A DNA stretch of 64,000 nucleotides from Octopus vulgaris (GCA_951406725.2 OX597817.1:151838001-151902000); one strand, 5' to 3'. Numbered from the stretch's first letter, positions 1 to 14,088 are shown. A program made the numbers and translations. Notes: a model not told the origin generated them from the letters alone.

Positions 1-307
1 TGTATATGTGTGTATATACACACATACACACACCATCTTACCTCTATATATAACATCTCACTTTTGCATATATCATCTCACCTTTATATATTATAACAGC
101 TCACATCTATACAGAACACCTCATATTGTATGCTTCTCACTTTTATGTAACATCTTATTCCTACATAATCCCTCCCCTCTGTGTAAACACCTCACCCCAA
201 AATTAGCATTTAACTTCTATATATAGCACCTCTTATACAAGGTTGTCTCTACATCATCGCTCAAGCTCTTAATAAATGCTTTCAAATATACCTGCTCCCT
301 AGTATCT

Positions 308-790
308 TGAAATAAAAAGGAGATCATTTTTATAATAGTCCTGATGTATTGTCTGAAAATAAGATAGTGATCAAGTCTTAGTTACATCTGTCCCCTGGGT
401 TAAACACCAATACTATTTATATCTCCTTTTATCACTTCTATCTCTTCAATTCTTACCTTATATGCTTCTCTGTTGAGTCTACTCAAAATATAATTTGAAC
501 TCCACCAATCATTCGCTCATTATCCATCTTTTTATTAAATGTTTTATATATATATATATATATAATATAGGATAAAATTTTCAAAAACATTTTATCTGAA
601 ATAAAAAGGAGATCATTTTTATAATAGTCCTGATGTATTGTCTGAAAATAAGATAGTGATCAAGTCTTAGTTACATCTAGGGCAAACACCAAACTATTTA
701 TATCTCCTTTTATCACTTCTATCTCTTCAACTCTTACCTTATATGCTTCTCTGTTGAGTCTACTTTCAAATTATAATTTATAAATCATTC
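308..790. repeat. ~290-bp-period tandem duplication with indel-rich second copy
   Basis: tgaaataaaaaggagatcatt...gttgagtctact at 308-485 recurs at 597-765. Confidence 0.85.
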
Positions 791-1274
791 GTTTTTTTTT
801 TTCACTTAAAAATTTATATATATATAATTTTTTTGAAATTAAATTTTACATATTTATATAAATTATTATTTGAAAATTTTCCTATATTAGAAAAAATAAC
901 ATTTACTTCCGGACTGTCTCTAACTCTTGTAGGACTTTCAGTCTGATCACATATGTCTCAAGGTACACTGCAAAATTTCTATTTTGGATATATTTGGGGT
1001 ACTTAAGTGTACTTATGGCTTTGCGTATGCTTGATCTATGTGTGCAGTTAAGTATTTCATTTATTTATTAATGTATTTACCACTGATGATGAGAGAATTC
1101 TTTATTGAATTAACTTAAAAATCAGAACTCTTTGGGAATTTTTGTCAGCGTGCTTCGAGACCTGTACTTTTAGTGATGAATTATGTGTGGTTATATAACG
1201 ATTTAAAGTCTATTTCTTGGCATATTTGGCATAAGAATTTTTTGTTTTGCCCTTATTTATAATTTGTTTTATAT

Positions 1275-1716
1275 AGGAGTGGCTGTGTGGTAAGTAGCTT
1301 GCTTACCAACCACATGGTTCTGGGTTCAGTCCCACTGCATGGTACCTTGGGCAAGTGTCTTCTACTATAGCCTCGGACCAACAAAAGCCTTGTAAGTGGA
1401 TTTGGTAGATGGAAACTGAAAGAAGCCCATCGTATATATGTATATGTATGTATATATATGTATATATATATATATATATATATAATGTGTGTGTGTATGT
1501 ATGTTTGTGTGTCTGTGTTTATCCCTGTAACATCGCTTGACAACTGATGCTGGTGTGTTTACTTCCCCGTAACTTAGCAGTTCGGCAAAAGAGACCAATA
1601 GAATAAGTACTAGGCTTACAAAGAATAAGTACTGGGGGTTGATTTTCTTGACTAAAGGCAGTGCTCCAGTATGGCCACAGTCAAATGACTGAAACAGGTA
1701 AAAGAGTAAAGAGAGA
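1275..1716 (+). mobile_element. SINE-A (tRNA head, CORE-like segment, internal TA/TG microsatellite)
   Basis: A-box-like tggctgtgtgg, B-box ggttcagtccc, ccttgggcaagtg CORE-like motif, conserved 3' tail ending taaaagag. Confidence 0.85.
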
Positions 1717-2106
1717 ATATTGCTTTTTTTTTTTCATGCTTGCATATGTGGGAAGAGTTTAGGGAAATGAGTACATTTATTTTAGATCAGTTTAAATGTT
1801 TGGGACATATTTGATCAGTAAAAAGGCCATTCTTACTTCAGTATACCATGGTGAAAATGTTTCCCTTTATGCAAAAGAGTAAAACACCAAAGCCATTTCA
1901 GAGTGGACCCTATGGAGTAATATATGTACTTCAAGCTCTTTATGCGCTCATCAGTATTAGACGCCAGGCAGGATAACTCCAAAATGACTAGAAGATTTTT
2001 GCTTCCTTATAAGAAATAAGTAAAAATTATCTACCAACAGCATGCTGTGACAATTGGAGCAAAATACATAGATGGCTCACAAAGCAGTATGGTGAAATAA
2101 ACAAAC

Positions 2107-2424
2107 ATTCTATCAGCTCAAATATGTTTGGGATATATTTGATCTGTAAAAAGACCATTTTTATTTCACTGCTTTGCATGAAAACTATGTATTATATTAT
2201 TTTGTGTCTAAATTAAATCTTTACATGTTTTATAGTCTTATGCATCCATTGTGATATTTTGCAAAATTCTATCAGCTCAAATATGTTTGGGATATATTTG
2301 ATCTGTAAAAAGACCATTTTTATTTCACTGCTTTGCATGAAAACTATGTATTATATTATTTTGTGTCTAAATTAAATCTTTACATGTTTTATAGTCTTAT
2401 GCATCCATTGTGATATTTTGCAAA
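2107..2424. repeat. 159-bp essentially exact tandem duplication
   Basis: 2107-2265 = 2266-2424. Confidence 0.9.
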
Positions 2425-2427
2425 TTA

Positions 2428-2594
2428 TAGGCGCAGGAGTGGCTGTGTGGTAAGTAGCATGCTAACCAACCACATGGTTCCGGGTTCAGTACCACTGCAT
2501 GGCACCTTGGGCAAGTGTCCTCTGCTATAGCCCCGGGCCGACCAATGCCTTGTGAGTGGATTTGGTAGACAGAAACTGAAAGAAGCCTGTTGTA

Positions 2595-2684
<90 letters not shown>

Positions 2685-2891
2685 CGCGTTTGTGTGTCTG
2701 TGTTTGTCTCCCTAGCATTGCTTGACAGCCGATGCTGGTGTGTTTACGTCCCCGTCACTTAGCGGTTCGGCAAAAGAGACCGATATAATAAGTACTGGAC
2801 TTACAAAGAATAAGTCCTGGGTTCGATTTCCTCGACTAAAGGCGGTGCTCCAGCATGGCCATAGTCAAATGACTGAAACAAGTAAAAGAGT
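2428..2891 (+). mobile_element. SINE-A
   Basis: Same structure with long internal (TA)n. Confidence 0.85.
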
Positions 2892-4379
2892 ATACAAACA
2901 GCAAAGGAATTCAGCATTGGCAAACCAGCAAGTGATTCATGATTTGGACTGTTACACTCACAGAAACAACAGATTCATATTCTTTGGTGATCAACAAGTC
3001 AACGTACAAACCACAAATGGAAGTCACTTTTCTGCCAGCGGTCATGACTTCCTACTGGCTAATTTGTTGAAACATGTCATTAAGATATCTTAACTGTATG
3101 TATACCATGTGTGATGGTCAGTAGTTGAACAGGAAAACTGAGTATCTACCTACGTCATTTTGGAGTGCCTGTGCAACATATACCAGATTTAGAACACCAT
3201 CCAAATATTCCCATTATAAGTATGCTGGAAAAGTTACACCAGATGTGTGATACCCACCATAAAAGAGGCCTGGTAATAAATGGATGTTTTGGCAGAGAAC
3301 ACATTTATCATTGTTCCAGCAGATTTATACAACAAATGGCAAGTGTTGTTGTTGTTAAGCAACAATACGGGTAAGGGTGATTAGGTGATGGTCTAGGGGC
3401 TTAGGGACGGGAGACCCTAACTTTGGAAAAAAAAGAAACTTTGGTCGTCTTGTTGTAGTCGATAATTATATCATCCATCAAACTTTGAAAAGCACTTATG
3501 GCATTGGAGATCTCCATTGAACAGCAATGGCAAGTGTTGTGGCTCGAGAGAAAGCTAAGACACACATGTTTAATTGTAGTCAAGTCTTGTAGTTGTTTAG
3601 AATAGCTAGGTATTGTGTAATCTATGAGGGGTTTCTATCTTTCAGGACCGAGTTGAAAAATAAATTTCTTCTATTAGGATGCGGACAGTCCTTCAGAAAG
3701 CAAGTGACTTAAGATTGTGGAGCCAATCAATAGATAAGAACTGATATATGTCATCATATATCTTCTTTATTGTCCCGGCTGTGGGTACAGACTGACGGGA
3801 AGCTCTTTATACAGTGTGTCTGTATCTTTGTTTACAGCTGGATGCCCTTCCTAACGCCAACCAGTGACTAGTGTTTGCTGCTCAATAATACCTATTTCTT
3901 TATTACCCACAAGGGGCTAAACACAGAGGGGACAAATGTATTAAGTCGATTATATCAACCCCAGTGTGTAACTGGTACTTATTTAATCGACCCCGAAAGG
4001 ATGAAAGGCAAAGTCGACCTCGGCAAATTTGAACTCAGAACATAGCAGACGAAATACCTTAGCATTTCGCCCCAAGCCGTTTCTGCCAGCTCGCCGCCTT
4101 ACAGCTCATAATTTGGCAGTTCTTGATGTTGGTTTAATCAGTCAGTTACAGATACCTTCTCTAGATCAATGATGTAGAGTTTCTGTGTCAGATACTGAGG
4201 GTTATTTCTTAGAAACATCATCAAACATTTAGTGTAAACTTTTGATGTGAACCACAAAAGAGGAGGCCTTATCACATGGAGTATTTCCTTTAAAACATCA
4301 CTTCATCATTTTTCCAAGTAATGATTTGTGTTAAATAGAATTAACTGATTCATATGCTCTTCAATAGGTTTAACGATAA

Positions 4380-4700
4380 ACTTTGGAAAAAAAGAAACTT
4401 TGGTCGTCTTGTAGTAATTATTCATCCATCAAACTTTGAAAAGCACTTATGGCATTAGTTACACCAAACAGTAACCTTATAGATTTGATTAAACAGCTTG
4501 TCAGCTTAAAATTTTGTGTATCGCTTATGTTCTTTGTGGAGTTGAATCTGATGGTATACTGTTTTAAAATCTAGTTTGTTGTAGGAAATAGACAGTAAGA
4601 GGTATTCGATATTAGGATGCGGACAGTCCTTCAGAAAGCAGTAGTGACTTAAAGATTGTGGATATTTCGTAACAAGGTGATAATTGTCTCGGCTTCCCAC
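4380..4700 (-). mobile_element. Degenerate Ty3/Gypsy reverse transcriptase fragment (relic probably extends towards 2900)
   Basis: PHPNIEYLL..LDFKTVYHQIQLHKEHKRYTKF then LLFGVTNAISAFQSLMD, matching Gypsy RT motifs PLPxIE, LDLxxAYHQI...KYTAF and PFGxxNAxxxFQRxMD. Confidence 0.7.
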
Positions 4701-4915
4701 TACTACTGCTTGTACTCATCATCATCATCATCATCATCGTTTAACATCCGTTCTCCATGCTAGCATGGGTTGGAGGGTTCGACCGGTGATCTGGGAAGCT
4801 AGAAGGCTGCACCAGGCTCCAGTCTTATCTTGCAATGTTTCTACAGCTGGATGCCCTTCCTAACGCCAACCACTCCGTGAGTGTAGTGGGTGCTTTTTAC
4901 GTGCTCAATAATACC

Positions 4916-5137
4916 TATTTCTTTATTACCCACAAGGGGCTAAACACAGAGGGGACAAATGTATTAAGTCGATTATATCAACCCCAGTGCGTAACTGGTA
5001 CTTATTTAATCAACCCCGAAAGGACGAAAGGCAAAGTCGACCTCGGCGAAACTTGAACTCAGAACATAGCGGCAGATGAAATACCTCTAGGCATTTCGCC
5101 CGGCAAGCTAACGTTTCTGCCAGCTCGCCGCCTTACA
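4916..5137 (-). mobile_element. SINE-B, LINE-tailed variant
   Basis: tRNA-like head and GAGTTCAA B-box-like motif, gtcgactttgccttt core; 13-bp TSD gctcaataatacc (4903-4915, 5138-5150). Confidence 0.85.
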
Positions 5138-6145
5138 GCTCAATAATACCATCATCAAGAAGCTATTGAGTCTCTTTCTCATGTATTAATGGGGTTAAGA
5201 AACTTGCTCATGTAGTGTGGGTCAGTTTTCATATATTTCTGCGATGGGTTATTTCTTAATAACCACTATCAACTATTTATTTGTGTAATATCATTTACAC
5301 CAGAATGTGTATATAACGTCAGTATGTATGTATGTAATAAATGGATGTTTGGCAGAGAACACATTTACAGGATTTCCAAAAGAAGTCTCTAGAAATAAAT
5401 CTAACTCTTTATTGTGTAATATCATTGTATAATGTCTTGTATATTCAATATTAATAAAGATAAATTTGACATTAAATAATTTATCATTTTAACCACTGAA
5501 TTTAGGCATTTAGTACTACCTAAAATATCCTATAATTTTGCTAGAGTGTAGCTTATCAAATGTAAAACATAGCTTGTGTTTAGGAGAAAACAAAATTCCT
5601 ATTCAAATGGTAATTACCGGACGATTTACTGTTCGAGTCTAACCGTTTTAAGTCATAGGAGAAATGAGACTTATATCACAAATAGGCAGATGAATATTGT
5701 ATAACTTATATAATTGAAAAATTTACTATATTTTGTACATACAAGTATACCAGCCCGTGGGTGCAAGTGTGCCTGCAGGCAGGGGTTTCCCACCCCTAGT
5801 ATAGAGGTAGATAGATACTATCATCATCATCATTGTCATCAATTCGCATTTGTATTCCATAGTGGCATGGGTTGGGCATTTGTGTGTGTGTGTGTTCCCT
5901 TACTTTAACATCGCATGATGGTTGTAGTTGATATCATTCATTTCAAATCCACCAGGAGAAACATATTGGCCATTGGTAAATTTTATGTTGCTAGGAAACA
6001 GGTGAGGGTTGGCAACAGGAAAGGCATCTAGTCTGTAAGAAGTCTGACAAATCCCATCTGAAAAGCAAGCATTAAAGCAATGGTGATTTTACATACATAC
6101 ATACATACATACACATATATATATATATATATATATATAAAAAGT

Positions 6146-6400
6146 GGAGGCACGTGGCTTAGTGGTTAGGGTGTTGAACTCATGATCATATGGTTGTGGT
6201 TTCGATTCCTGGACCGGGTGATGCATTGTGCTCTTGAGCAAAACACTTCATTTCACATTGCTCCAGTCCTCTCAGCTGGCAAAAATGAGTAACACTGCGA
6301 TGGACTGGTGTCCCGTCCAGCTGGGGAACACATACGCCATTGAAACTGGGAAACCAGGCCCATGAGCCTGGCTAGCTTTTAAAAGGGTGCATTTATTTAT
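6146..6400 (+). mobile_element. tRNA-derived SINE, V-domain-like (degenerate relative near 16580-16860)
   Basis: tggcttagtgg A-box, gtttcgattcc B-box, tgctcttgagcaaaacactt segment, gcgatggactggtgtcccgtccag tail. Confidence 0.65.
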
Positions 6401-6538
6401 ATATATATATATTCAATGAGAATACAATATACCAAATTTCTAATAAGTGCTCTTGGCAGGGAAATGTCTAAAGCATTAAAAGTATTTAGACATTTAATAA
6501 GAACGATTATATATTATAAAATAAGCGCAGGAAAATTA

Positions 6539-7406
6539 CATCGAAAAATCATCACAGAAGATGTAAGTCCAAAGTAATATTGTATTAATAGATAGATGTA
6601 TAAATATATAAAGTATGATTATTCAAAAAGTTTAAAAGCTTATTTATATTTGTTCAGATATTTGCTACTACCACCAAGATCTGCAGGTATAGATCTTGGT
6701 GATAGTAGTTTAAAAGCTTATTTAAAAGCTTCCAGCTGTAAACGAATGGTTTACACCTGGTAGCTTATTAGTAAAGCACAGTCACTTTCACAGTGATCGT
6801 TAGGTATATATATATTCCATCCTCTGTCTTTCTTTTGCCATATATATGCATAACTGTGTTTGTATATATGTGTGTGTATTTGTGTCTGCATGTTTGTTTA
6901 TATTTGTACTTCCCTAAAATCATGAGCAGCAAAGTGGTGATATCACTTCCCTGACAACAAATCACTCACTGCTTATTAAGTCCTGTTTAGTCTCTTACTA
7001 ACTGCAGTTTAAATTTTAATCAATTTTACCTAATCAGAAAACAGGATTTGAAAGCTGGCATTTTCTGCATGATAGCTGTCTATCACAAAATGAAAAGCAA
7101 AATCATTACAAGGAGGATTTTTATTAAACTAATGAAAGCAAAGCATTACGATGACCAAAGTTGTAAGAACTTCTGAAGTTTTGATAAGTTTTAATGAAAA
7201 AAGTCATGTGCAACAGTCAAACAAACATGTAAATAATTTAAAAACAAAAAACATTGTCAACAAAGTTTTTGTGAAAAATTGACAAATCTGTCTGAATCAG
7301 AGGCCTATCTGTTTGGGAAAGCATGGTCTGACATGGAATAAACAAAAGTTTATATAAGACATTCTATTGTAAAAATTGCCCAACAAAGGGCTATTCAGCT
7401 AGTGTG

Positions 7407-7438
<32 letters not shown>

Positions 7439-7777
7439 TATGGCCATGAGATAGATTACTAGCCACTACACATTCTTTATTTTCTCTCCTTGTTTCTTTC
7501 TGTGTTCCTTTCTGTGGAAGAGCGTAGGCTCGAAACATTAAAGACTTTTCACTTCCCAAGTGTTAAACTAATATATATTTGTTGTCTACAACACCTGTCT
7601 TCATCTTTTATTTTTTTTTGTGAATTCTCCCTGGGCCTGGTGCAGCTATCTGGTTCGCCAGATCATCGAAAAATCATCACAGAAGATGTAAGTCCAAAGT
7701 AATATTGTATTAATAGATAGATGTATAAATATATAAAGTATGATTATTCAAAAAGTTTAAAAGCTTATTTATATTTG

Positions 7778-7808
<31 letters not shown>

Positions 7809-8530
7809 CAGGTATAGATCTTGGTGATAGTAGTTTAAAAGCTTATTTAAAAGCTTCCAGCTGTAAACGAATGGTTTACACCTGGTAGCTTATTGGTAAA
7901 GCACAGTCACTTTCACAGTGATCGTTAGGTATATATATATTCCATCCTCTGTCTTTCTTTTGCCATATATATGCATAACTGTGTTTGTATATATGTGTGT
8001 GTATTTGTGTCTGCATGTTTGTTTATATTTGTACTTCCCTAAAATCATGAGCAGCAAAGTGGTGATATCACTTCCCCTGACAACAAATCACTCACTGCTT
8101 ATTAAGTCCTGTTTAGTCTCTTACTAACTGCAGTTTAAATTTTAATCAATTTTACCTAATCAGAAAACAGGATTTGAAAGCTGGCATTTTCTGCATGATA
8201 ACTGTCTATCACAAAATGAAAGCAAAATCATTACAAGGAGGAATTTTTATTAAACTAATGAAAGCAAAGCATTACGATGACCAAAGTTGTAAGAACTTCT
8301 GAAGTTTTGATAAGTTTTAATGAAAAAGTCATGTGCAACAGTCAAACAAACATGTAAATAATTTAAAAACAAAAAACATTGTCAACAAAGTTTTTTTGTG
8401 AAAAATTGCACAAATCTGTCCTGATCAAGAGGCCTATCTGTTTGGGAAAGCATGGTCTGACATGGAATAAACAAAAGTTTATATAAGACATTCTATTGTA
8501 AAAATTGCCCAACAAAGGGCTATTCAGCTA

Positions 8531-8571
<41 letters not shown>

Positions 8572-8801
8572 TGATGGCCATGATAGATCACTAGCCACTA
8601 CACATTCTTTATTTTCTCTCCTTGTTTCTTTCTGTGTTCCTTTCTGTGGAAGAGCGTAGGCTCGAAACATTAAAGACTTTTTCACTTCCCAAGTGTTAAA
8701 CTAATATATATTTGTTGTCTACAACACCTGTCTTCATCTTTTATTTTTTTTTTTTTTTCTGAATCTCTCCCTGGGCCTGGTGCAGCCATCTGGTTCGCCA
8801 G
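6539..8801. repeat. ~1125-bp tandem duplication
   Basis: 6539-7661 is repeated at 7664-8801, differing mostly by single-base indels. Confidence 0.9.
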
Positions 8802-8880
8802 CCCTCAGTCAAATCGTCCAACCCATACTAGCATGGAAAGCGGACGTTAAACGATGATGAGGATGATGATGATATACATA

Positions 8881-8927
<47 letters not shown>

Positions 8928-9945
8928 ATGCATATTGTCCAACCCATGCTAGCATGGAAAGCGGACGTTAAACGACGATGATGATGATGATGTATGTATG
9001 TATTGTAGTAGAAGTATCCCATGGGAAATTCTATGGTTATTTTGAAAATTGAAAGATGGAATTGAATATTTTTCTGAACAATTAGAATCTTGAGATGATT
9101 TAAAATTCCATGTCAGTAGTATTGAAGGTGCAATGTAAAGAAAAAAAAACTCCTCTGAATGTTTTCAATATCCTTATGTCTTCTAGTTTGAGTTGTGTGT
9201 TACTTTTCCAATTTATGTTAAGAATGAAACGGTTTTAGCTATGGAACAAAAGAAAGACATTTATCTATAGTTTTATTGTTTCAGTACATTGGTAAAGTTC
9301 TGATAAATTGGTTAATGGTTACTTTAACACCTGGCTACCAAAATAAAAAACAAAAGTAAGTGTAATAGATGTCAAAAAATGTGTATTAAACGAATATGAG
9401 AACAAAAGTTTGCACCAACGAACCGATTATAAAGGACTTTGTCGGGAAAATTTTTTCTGGGGGAGTGGGGGAGGACTTTCGAAGAGAAAGAAACTCATAA
9501 ATCATTTTTTTTTGCTTGAGTGTAATGGAGAAAAGTTTGAAAAGAGAATTTTTAGAATCATTTTTTTTTTGTTCTGTTTGAGTAATAGAAAATGGTTTTA
9601 AAAAAGATCCTTGTATCATGATGTTATTCACCAATCACTTAATGTTGTTCACCAATAACACCTTTAACGATGTGTTGGCACCTTTTTTTTCGGTTGATGC
9701 TTATGATAGATATAAATCATAATATGGTGATTTGAAAACAAATATAAAAACACTTTACCCTTCACTTGTGAGAATTTGAAGTTGATGAAAGATTTTATTG
9801 AGCTGACATACAATATTTAATTCACTAAAGCACATTCCTTCACTGACAGGTAAAAATTAAAGAACAAAATTATTAAAATTTACTGTTCCCTTCAGTAAAC
9901 ACATTCTCTCTCTCCTGCTCTGTCCCTGTCTCTCATTCTCTCTTT

Positions 9946-9991
<46 letters not shown>

Positions 9992-10283
9992 ACACACACA
10001 TATTCCCTGTCTCTCTGTCTCTTCCTGTCTCCACCCCTTCCCTGATATCAACCACCCTCGTTATGCCACCTATTTCCCTCAACCTAACACTCTTTCCACT
10101 CTTCTCATTTTATCCCAGACCCCGGTCAAACCATCCAACCCGTGCTAGCACGGAAAACTGACGTTAAACGATGATGATGATGAGGTAAAATTGGGATAAG
10201 AAAGCAACAGATTTATTACACTGTGAGAGGACGAAAATTTATAGTTTCAGAAACATTGTTCTTAACAAGTAATGTTACTTTAA

Positions 10284-10478
10284 TCCTTTTGTTACTAACC
10301 CGGCTAAAACCGGCTCTGTGGTAAAATGTCTTGTTTTCATAAGTTTTGAATTAAAATATTCCACCAAGCCTTATTCACAATTTACGTTCCTAACACTAGC
10401 TGAATGATAACTAAGTTAGTTTACTAAATTCTTTGTCATATTTAAGAGCATCTCAAAATAAATACAGTAATGAAAGGG
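10284..10478. mobile_element. TTAA-type MITE, third copy
   Basis: Same internal sequence, slightly mutated ends. Confidence 0.75.
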
Positions 10479-11243
10479 TCAAAAAAAATAATTGAGACAG
10501 AGATAGAGGAATTGAAATGTTGGGTAGATGGATCACATGGTGTCTTTTTTGCACGCACATATATTTGAGTAATTATGTATTTGTGAGAATTTCTAGCATT
10601 GATCCAGTTGTTGAAGAGGAAATCTCAGCTCCACTGGTTGAATTTATTTGTTTTTCAACAAGGATCTGGAAAGGTCCAGAGATCTAATCGTTAAAACACC
10701 AATGAATATCATGAAATCATTATTGTTGCTTCAGTTCCAGGTATTTTATGTGATATTTGGTTGAAGGTTAGCAGTTGCCATTTGCAATATAAAATTTCTT
10801 GAATACTGCCTTGAAAGCAGTTTAAACGTTTGAACCATATATTGTGCAGAATTAGAACCAGTGCCAAAAATCAACATTTTATTGAACTAAAATTTAAGAT
10901 AAGTACGGAGTTCACTGTGAGGCAAATGATTTAACTTTCAACCAAAGTAGATTGTGTGACATCATATCAACTTTGCCTTTCATCCTTCTAGTGTTGACAC
11001 CAGGATCACTTTGAAATTATATTTCCAATCATATAAATCACTTTGAATGTTATTTCAGCAAGTTTAAAATGATTTATACCATAAACTATTTACCATTTCT
11101 GTGGATCCCCACCCCTTACCTTGATACCTTAAGCACATGCTTAGTTTGCTTAACGGTTAATCCAGTGCTGCATCTCATATGTAATTGATTACAAGGTTTG
11201 TATGTATTGAGTTCCACGTAAGGTCAAATGTTGGGTAGATACC

Positions 11244-11476
11244 TATTTCTTTACTATCCACAAGGGACTAAACACAGAGGGGTCAAACAAGGACAGGCAC
11301 GCGGATTGAGTTGATTATATCGACCCCAGTGCATAACTGGTACTTATTTAATCGACCCCAAAAGGATGAACGGCAAAGTCGACCTCGGCAGAATTTGAAC
11401 TCAGAACGTAACGGCAGACGAAATACTGCTGAGCATTTCACCCGGCATGCTAATGTTTCTGCCAGCTCACTACCTT
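11244..11476 (-). mobile_element. SINE-B, LINE-tailed variant
   Basis: Same head, core and tail as the 60771-61330 units. Confidence 0.8.
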
Positions 11477-11864
11477 CAAAGTTAATAATACCTAAATACT
11501 GCAGCTCCACACAGAAATACTGTGACTTGTGAGGTTTAAACCTGCTCCCATATTTAAAGGGTTAAGAGCAACATTAAGTAGTTTTGTTCTCTATTCTCAA
11601 CTATAGACTCTTGTTTAAAGAAATCTGGGTGACACCAATATTAATTGATTAAATTCCAATCCAACACCAGTATGGATGCAGTTCTTTATTTCATCTACTC
11701 CAGAAGGACGAAAGTCAAAGGTGATCTGAGCAGAGGTTGACTATTTAATACTTAAACAAGCCATATCTAGCCTAAATAGTCAACTTGTTTTATGTTCAAA
11801 CTTGTCAGATCCAGCCTCTCACACCTACCCTACAATGTCATTCTAAAAGTAAACAATATCTGAA

Positions 11865-13000
11865 AATAGTGATGCTTGAACAGAGATGTGTTTATTTGGG
11901 CTGCATCCAAAAAGTAAGGTGGAGAGGAAGTTCTGCTAGGTTCCTTACAGGCAAAGAACATAGACATAAAATTTTCTGGGTAGGGACACTGATGAAGTTG
12001 GAGGCATGGGTGTACTCCTTGCAGAGAAATAGGTTAAGGTAATCGAGGTTGTCAGAATCTATGATAGAATATTTAAGCTTAGACTAGTGCAACAACATGG
12101 ATTAGCAACCATTATCTTGGCTTATGTCCCTCAGCGAGGGCTACCTGATGAACAGAAAGACTGATTTTATGACACCCTCTTGCAAACTGCCTCATCAACA
12201 AATGACGGAGACCTTCTCTTTATGGCTGGTGACTTCAATGAGCATGATGGACAACATCCAAAGAACTTCCATGGTATACATGGAGGCAACGGATTTGATT
12301 CCTGCAATGAGGAGGGAACCAGGCTGCTGGAGTTCTGTGATGCAAATGATCTTATGATCTGTAATACTAACTTCAGGAATCCTGCCAGTCACCAAAAGAG
12401 GAGGATATAGCATCGCATAATGTGGAGGACAACTGGCGGTTCCTATGGGACAACCTGTTAAGGGCTACTGACTAGATCTGTGGCTCAAGGTGTGGTGGTG
12501 AAGCATGACCTTCAAACATGAGGCCTCTCAGAGGCAATGACAAGTGACTAAAACCTTTGGAGATATGCTGTGCTTGAGAAGATCCGGCAAGCCAAGTGAG
12601 ATCATAGCCATGGTCTCTGCCAGTATCACATAACTAGCCCATTTAAAAGCACCCTTCAATCGTCAGGCAATATGCCATGCTTGTGAAGACCTGTTGAACC
12701 AAGTGGTATCATAGTTATGGCTGATGCCAGTGCCACTTGACTGGCACCCATGTTGGTGGCACATAAAAAGCACCACTCAAACATGGCCAATGCCAGTGCT
12801 GCCTGACTGGCACATAAAAAGCACCATTCAAGCAGGATCAATGCCAGTACCGCCTGACTGACACCCATGCCAGTGGCATGTAAAAAGCACCATTCAAGTG
12901 TGGTCGATGACAGTGCTGCCTGACTGGCTCCCATGCCAGTATGGAAAGCGGACATTAAGTGACGATGGTGGTGGTGATGATGATGATGATGATGATGATA
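11865..13000 (+). mobile_element. Internally deleted RTE-clade LINE (endonuclease fragment joined to 3' end), nested in an older element
   Basis: CIQKVRWRG, AGDFNEHDG, NEEGTRLLEFCDANDLMICNTNF RTE-type APE motifs; jumps near 12400 to ORF end and 3' UTR with (GAT)n tail. Confidence 0.8.
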
Positions 13001-13556
13001 ATGACATCATTGAAATCTTGAGTTGCAAGATAATCATCCTCATCATTTAATGTCTCTTTTCCGTGCTGGCATGTGTTGGACAGTTTGACAGCAGCTGGCA
13101 ACATGGAGAGCTGCACCAGGCTCCAATTGTCTGTTTTGGCATGGTTTCTATGGCTGAATACCCTTTCTAATGCCAGCCATGCATGATTACTTCAAAAGAA
13201 TGTGAGTAATAAGTATTACATTTCATAGATTAATCTGAATACTATAGGATTAAACTCAGAACACCTTAGGCTCTCATTAAATTCCTCACCCTGTTTTATC
13301 TGATGCTTCAATAATTTTGCTAATCTACTGCTGTAAAAATGAACTAATCTTCTAATTTATGTCTTATAAATTCTGGCTAATATTTCTTTAAAAAATTTTT
13401 TCTTGTTTCAACTGTACCTGTTTATTATTTTTTTTTTACTTTAATTTTATCAGCATTTCACATAATATTTTTCCCTTTTTTGCTTTTCTTAAAGAACTAA
13501 AATGTTTAACTGTTTTCCTTGTTTCTTCTTTTTTTCTTCTTCGTCTTCTTTTTCAG

Positions 13557-13707
13557 ACTGCATGATACAATGAAAATTAATCAGTTTACCTGCCGCATTA
13601 TTCATTGCACTCAACTGTTGATGTCTGTCATACAGGTGTACTATCATGAAAAGTTAGCAGTTGTTGCCCATTTAATTGATCTTGATCAACTGCCAGCTTC
13701 AACACAG
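13557..13707 (+). CDS. Internal exon of GRDP/DUF1399-like gene (upstream exons not identified in the window)
   Basis: Long polypyrimidine tract + TTTCAG acceptor; open frame LHDTMKINQFTCRIIHCTQLLMSVIQVYYHEKLAVVAHLIDLDQLPASTQ; CAG|GTAAAC donor; phase 0 matches the next exon. Confidence 0.8.
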
Positions 13708-14088
13708 GTAAACAGAAAAAGAAACCACAGGTGTAATTAACAAATGATGGGCAGCATATTTGATTATCTTTGATTATCGTTTTTGAAAATTTTACAGCAT
13801 TCAATACATTCTTGATTATCTCAAATGAATTTATTAACTTTGGGAACAAAGTACAGACTATGTAAGATGGCCCTCTATTATTTCAAAATGCAAATATAAT
13901 TGAGGATAGATATTTATTTGCACAGTGAAGGTGTAAAAGCAAACAAATTTAGATTATTTTTTCCTTTAAGATAATCAATTCTGCCTCCCATGCTTTATTG
14001 ATAAATATATATAACACCGAAGGATGGGTTGATTTATGAATGGCTGGATTTTTGCTTGTATGAATTTGTATATCTATATAAATGTATG

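Noticed and set aside
900-2100. Possible upstream GRDP exons near 930-1200 and 1850-2090
   Set aside because: No clean acceptor/open frame/donor set in the required phase; the region appears low quality, so nothing was called
6146-6225. tRNA genes at SINE heads (also 15030-15105 and 48135-48203)
   Set aside because: A/B boxes are present but there is no complete cloverleaf, and each continues into a SINE body
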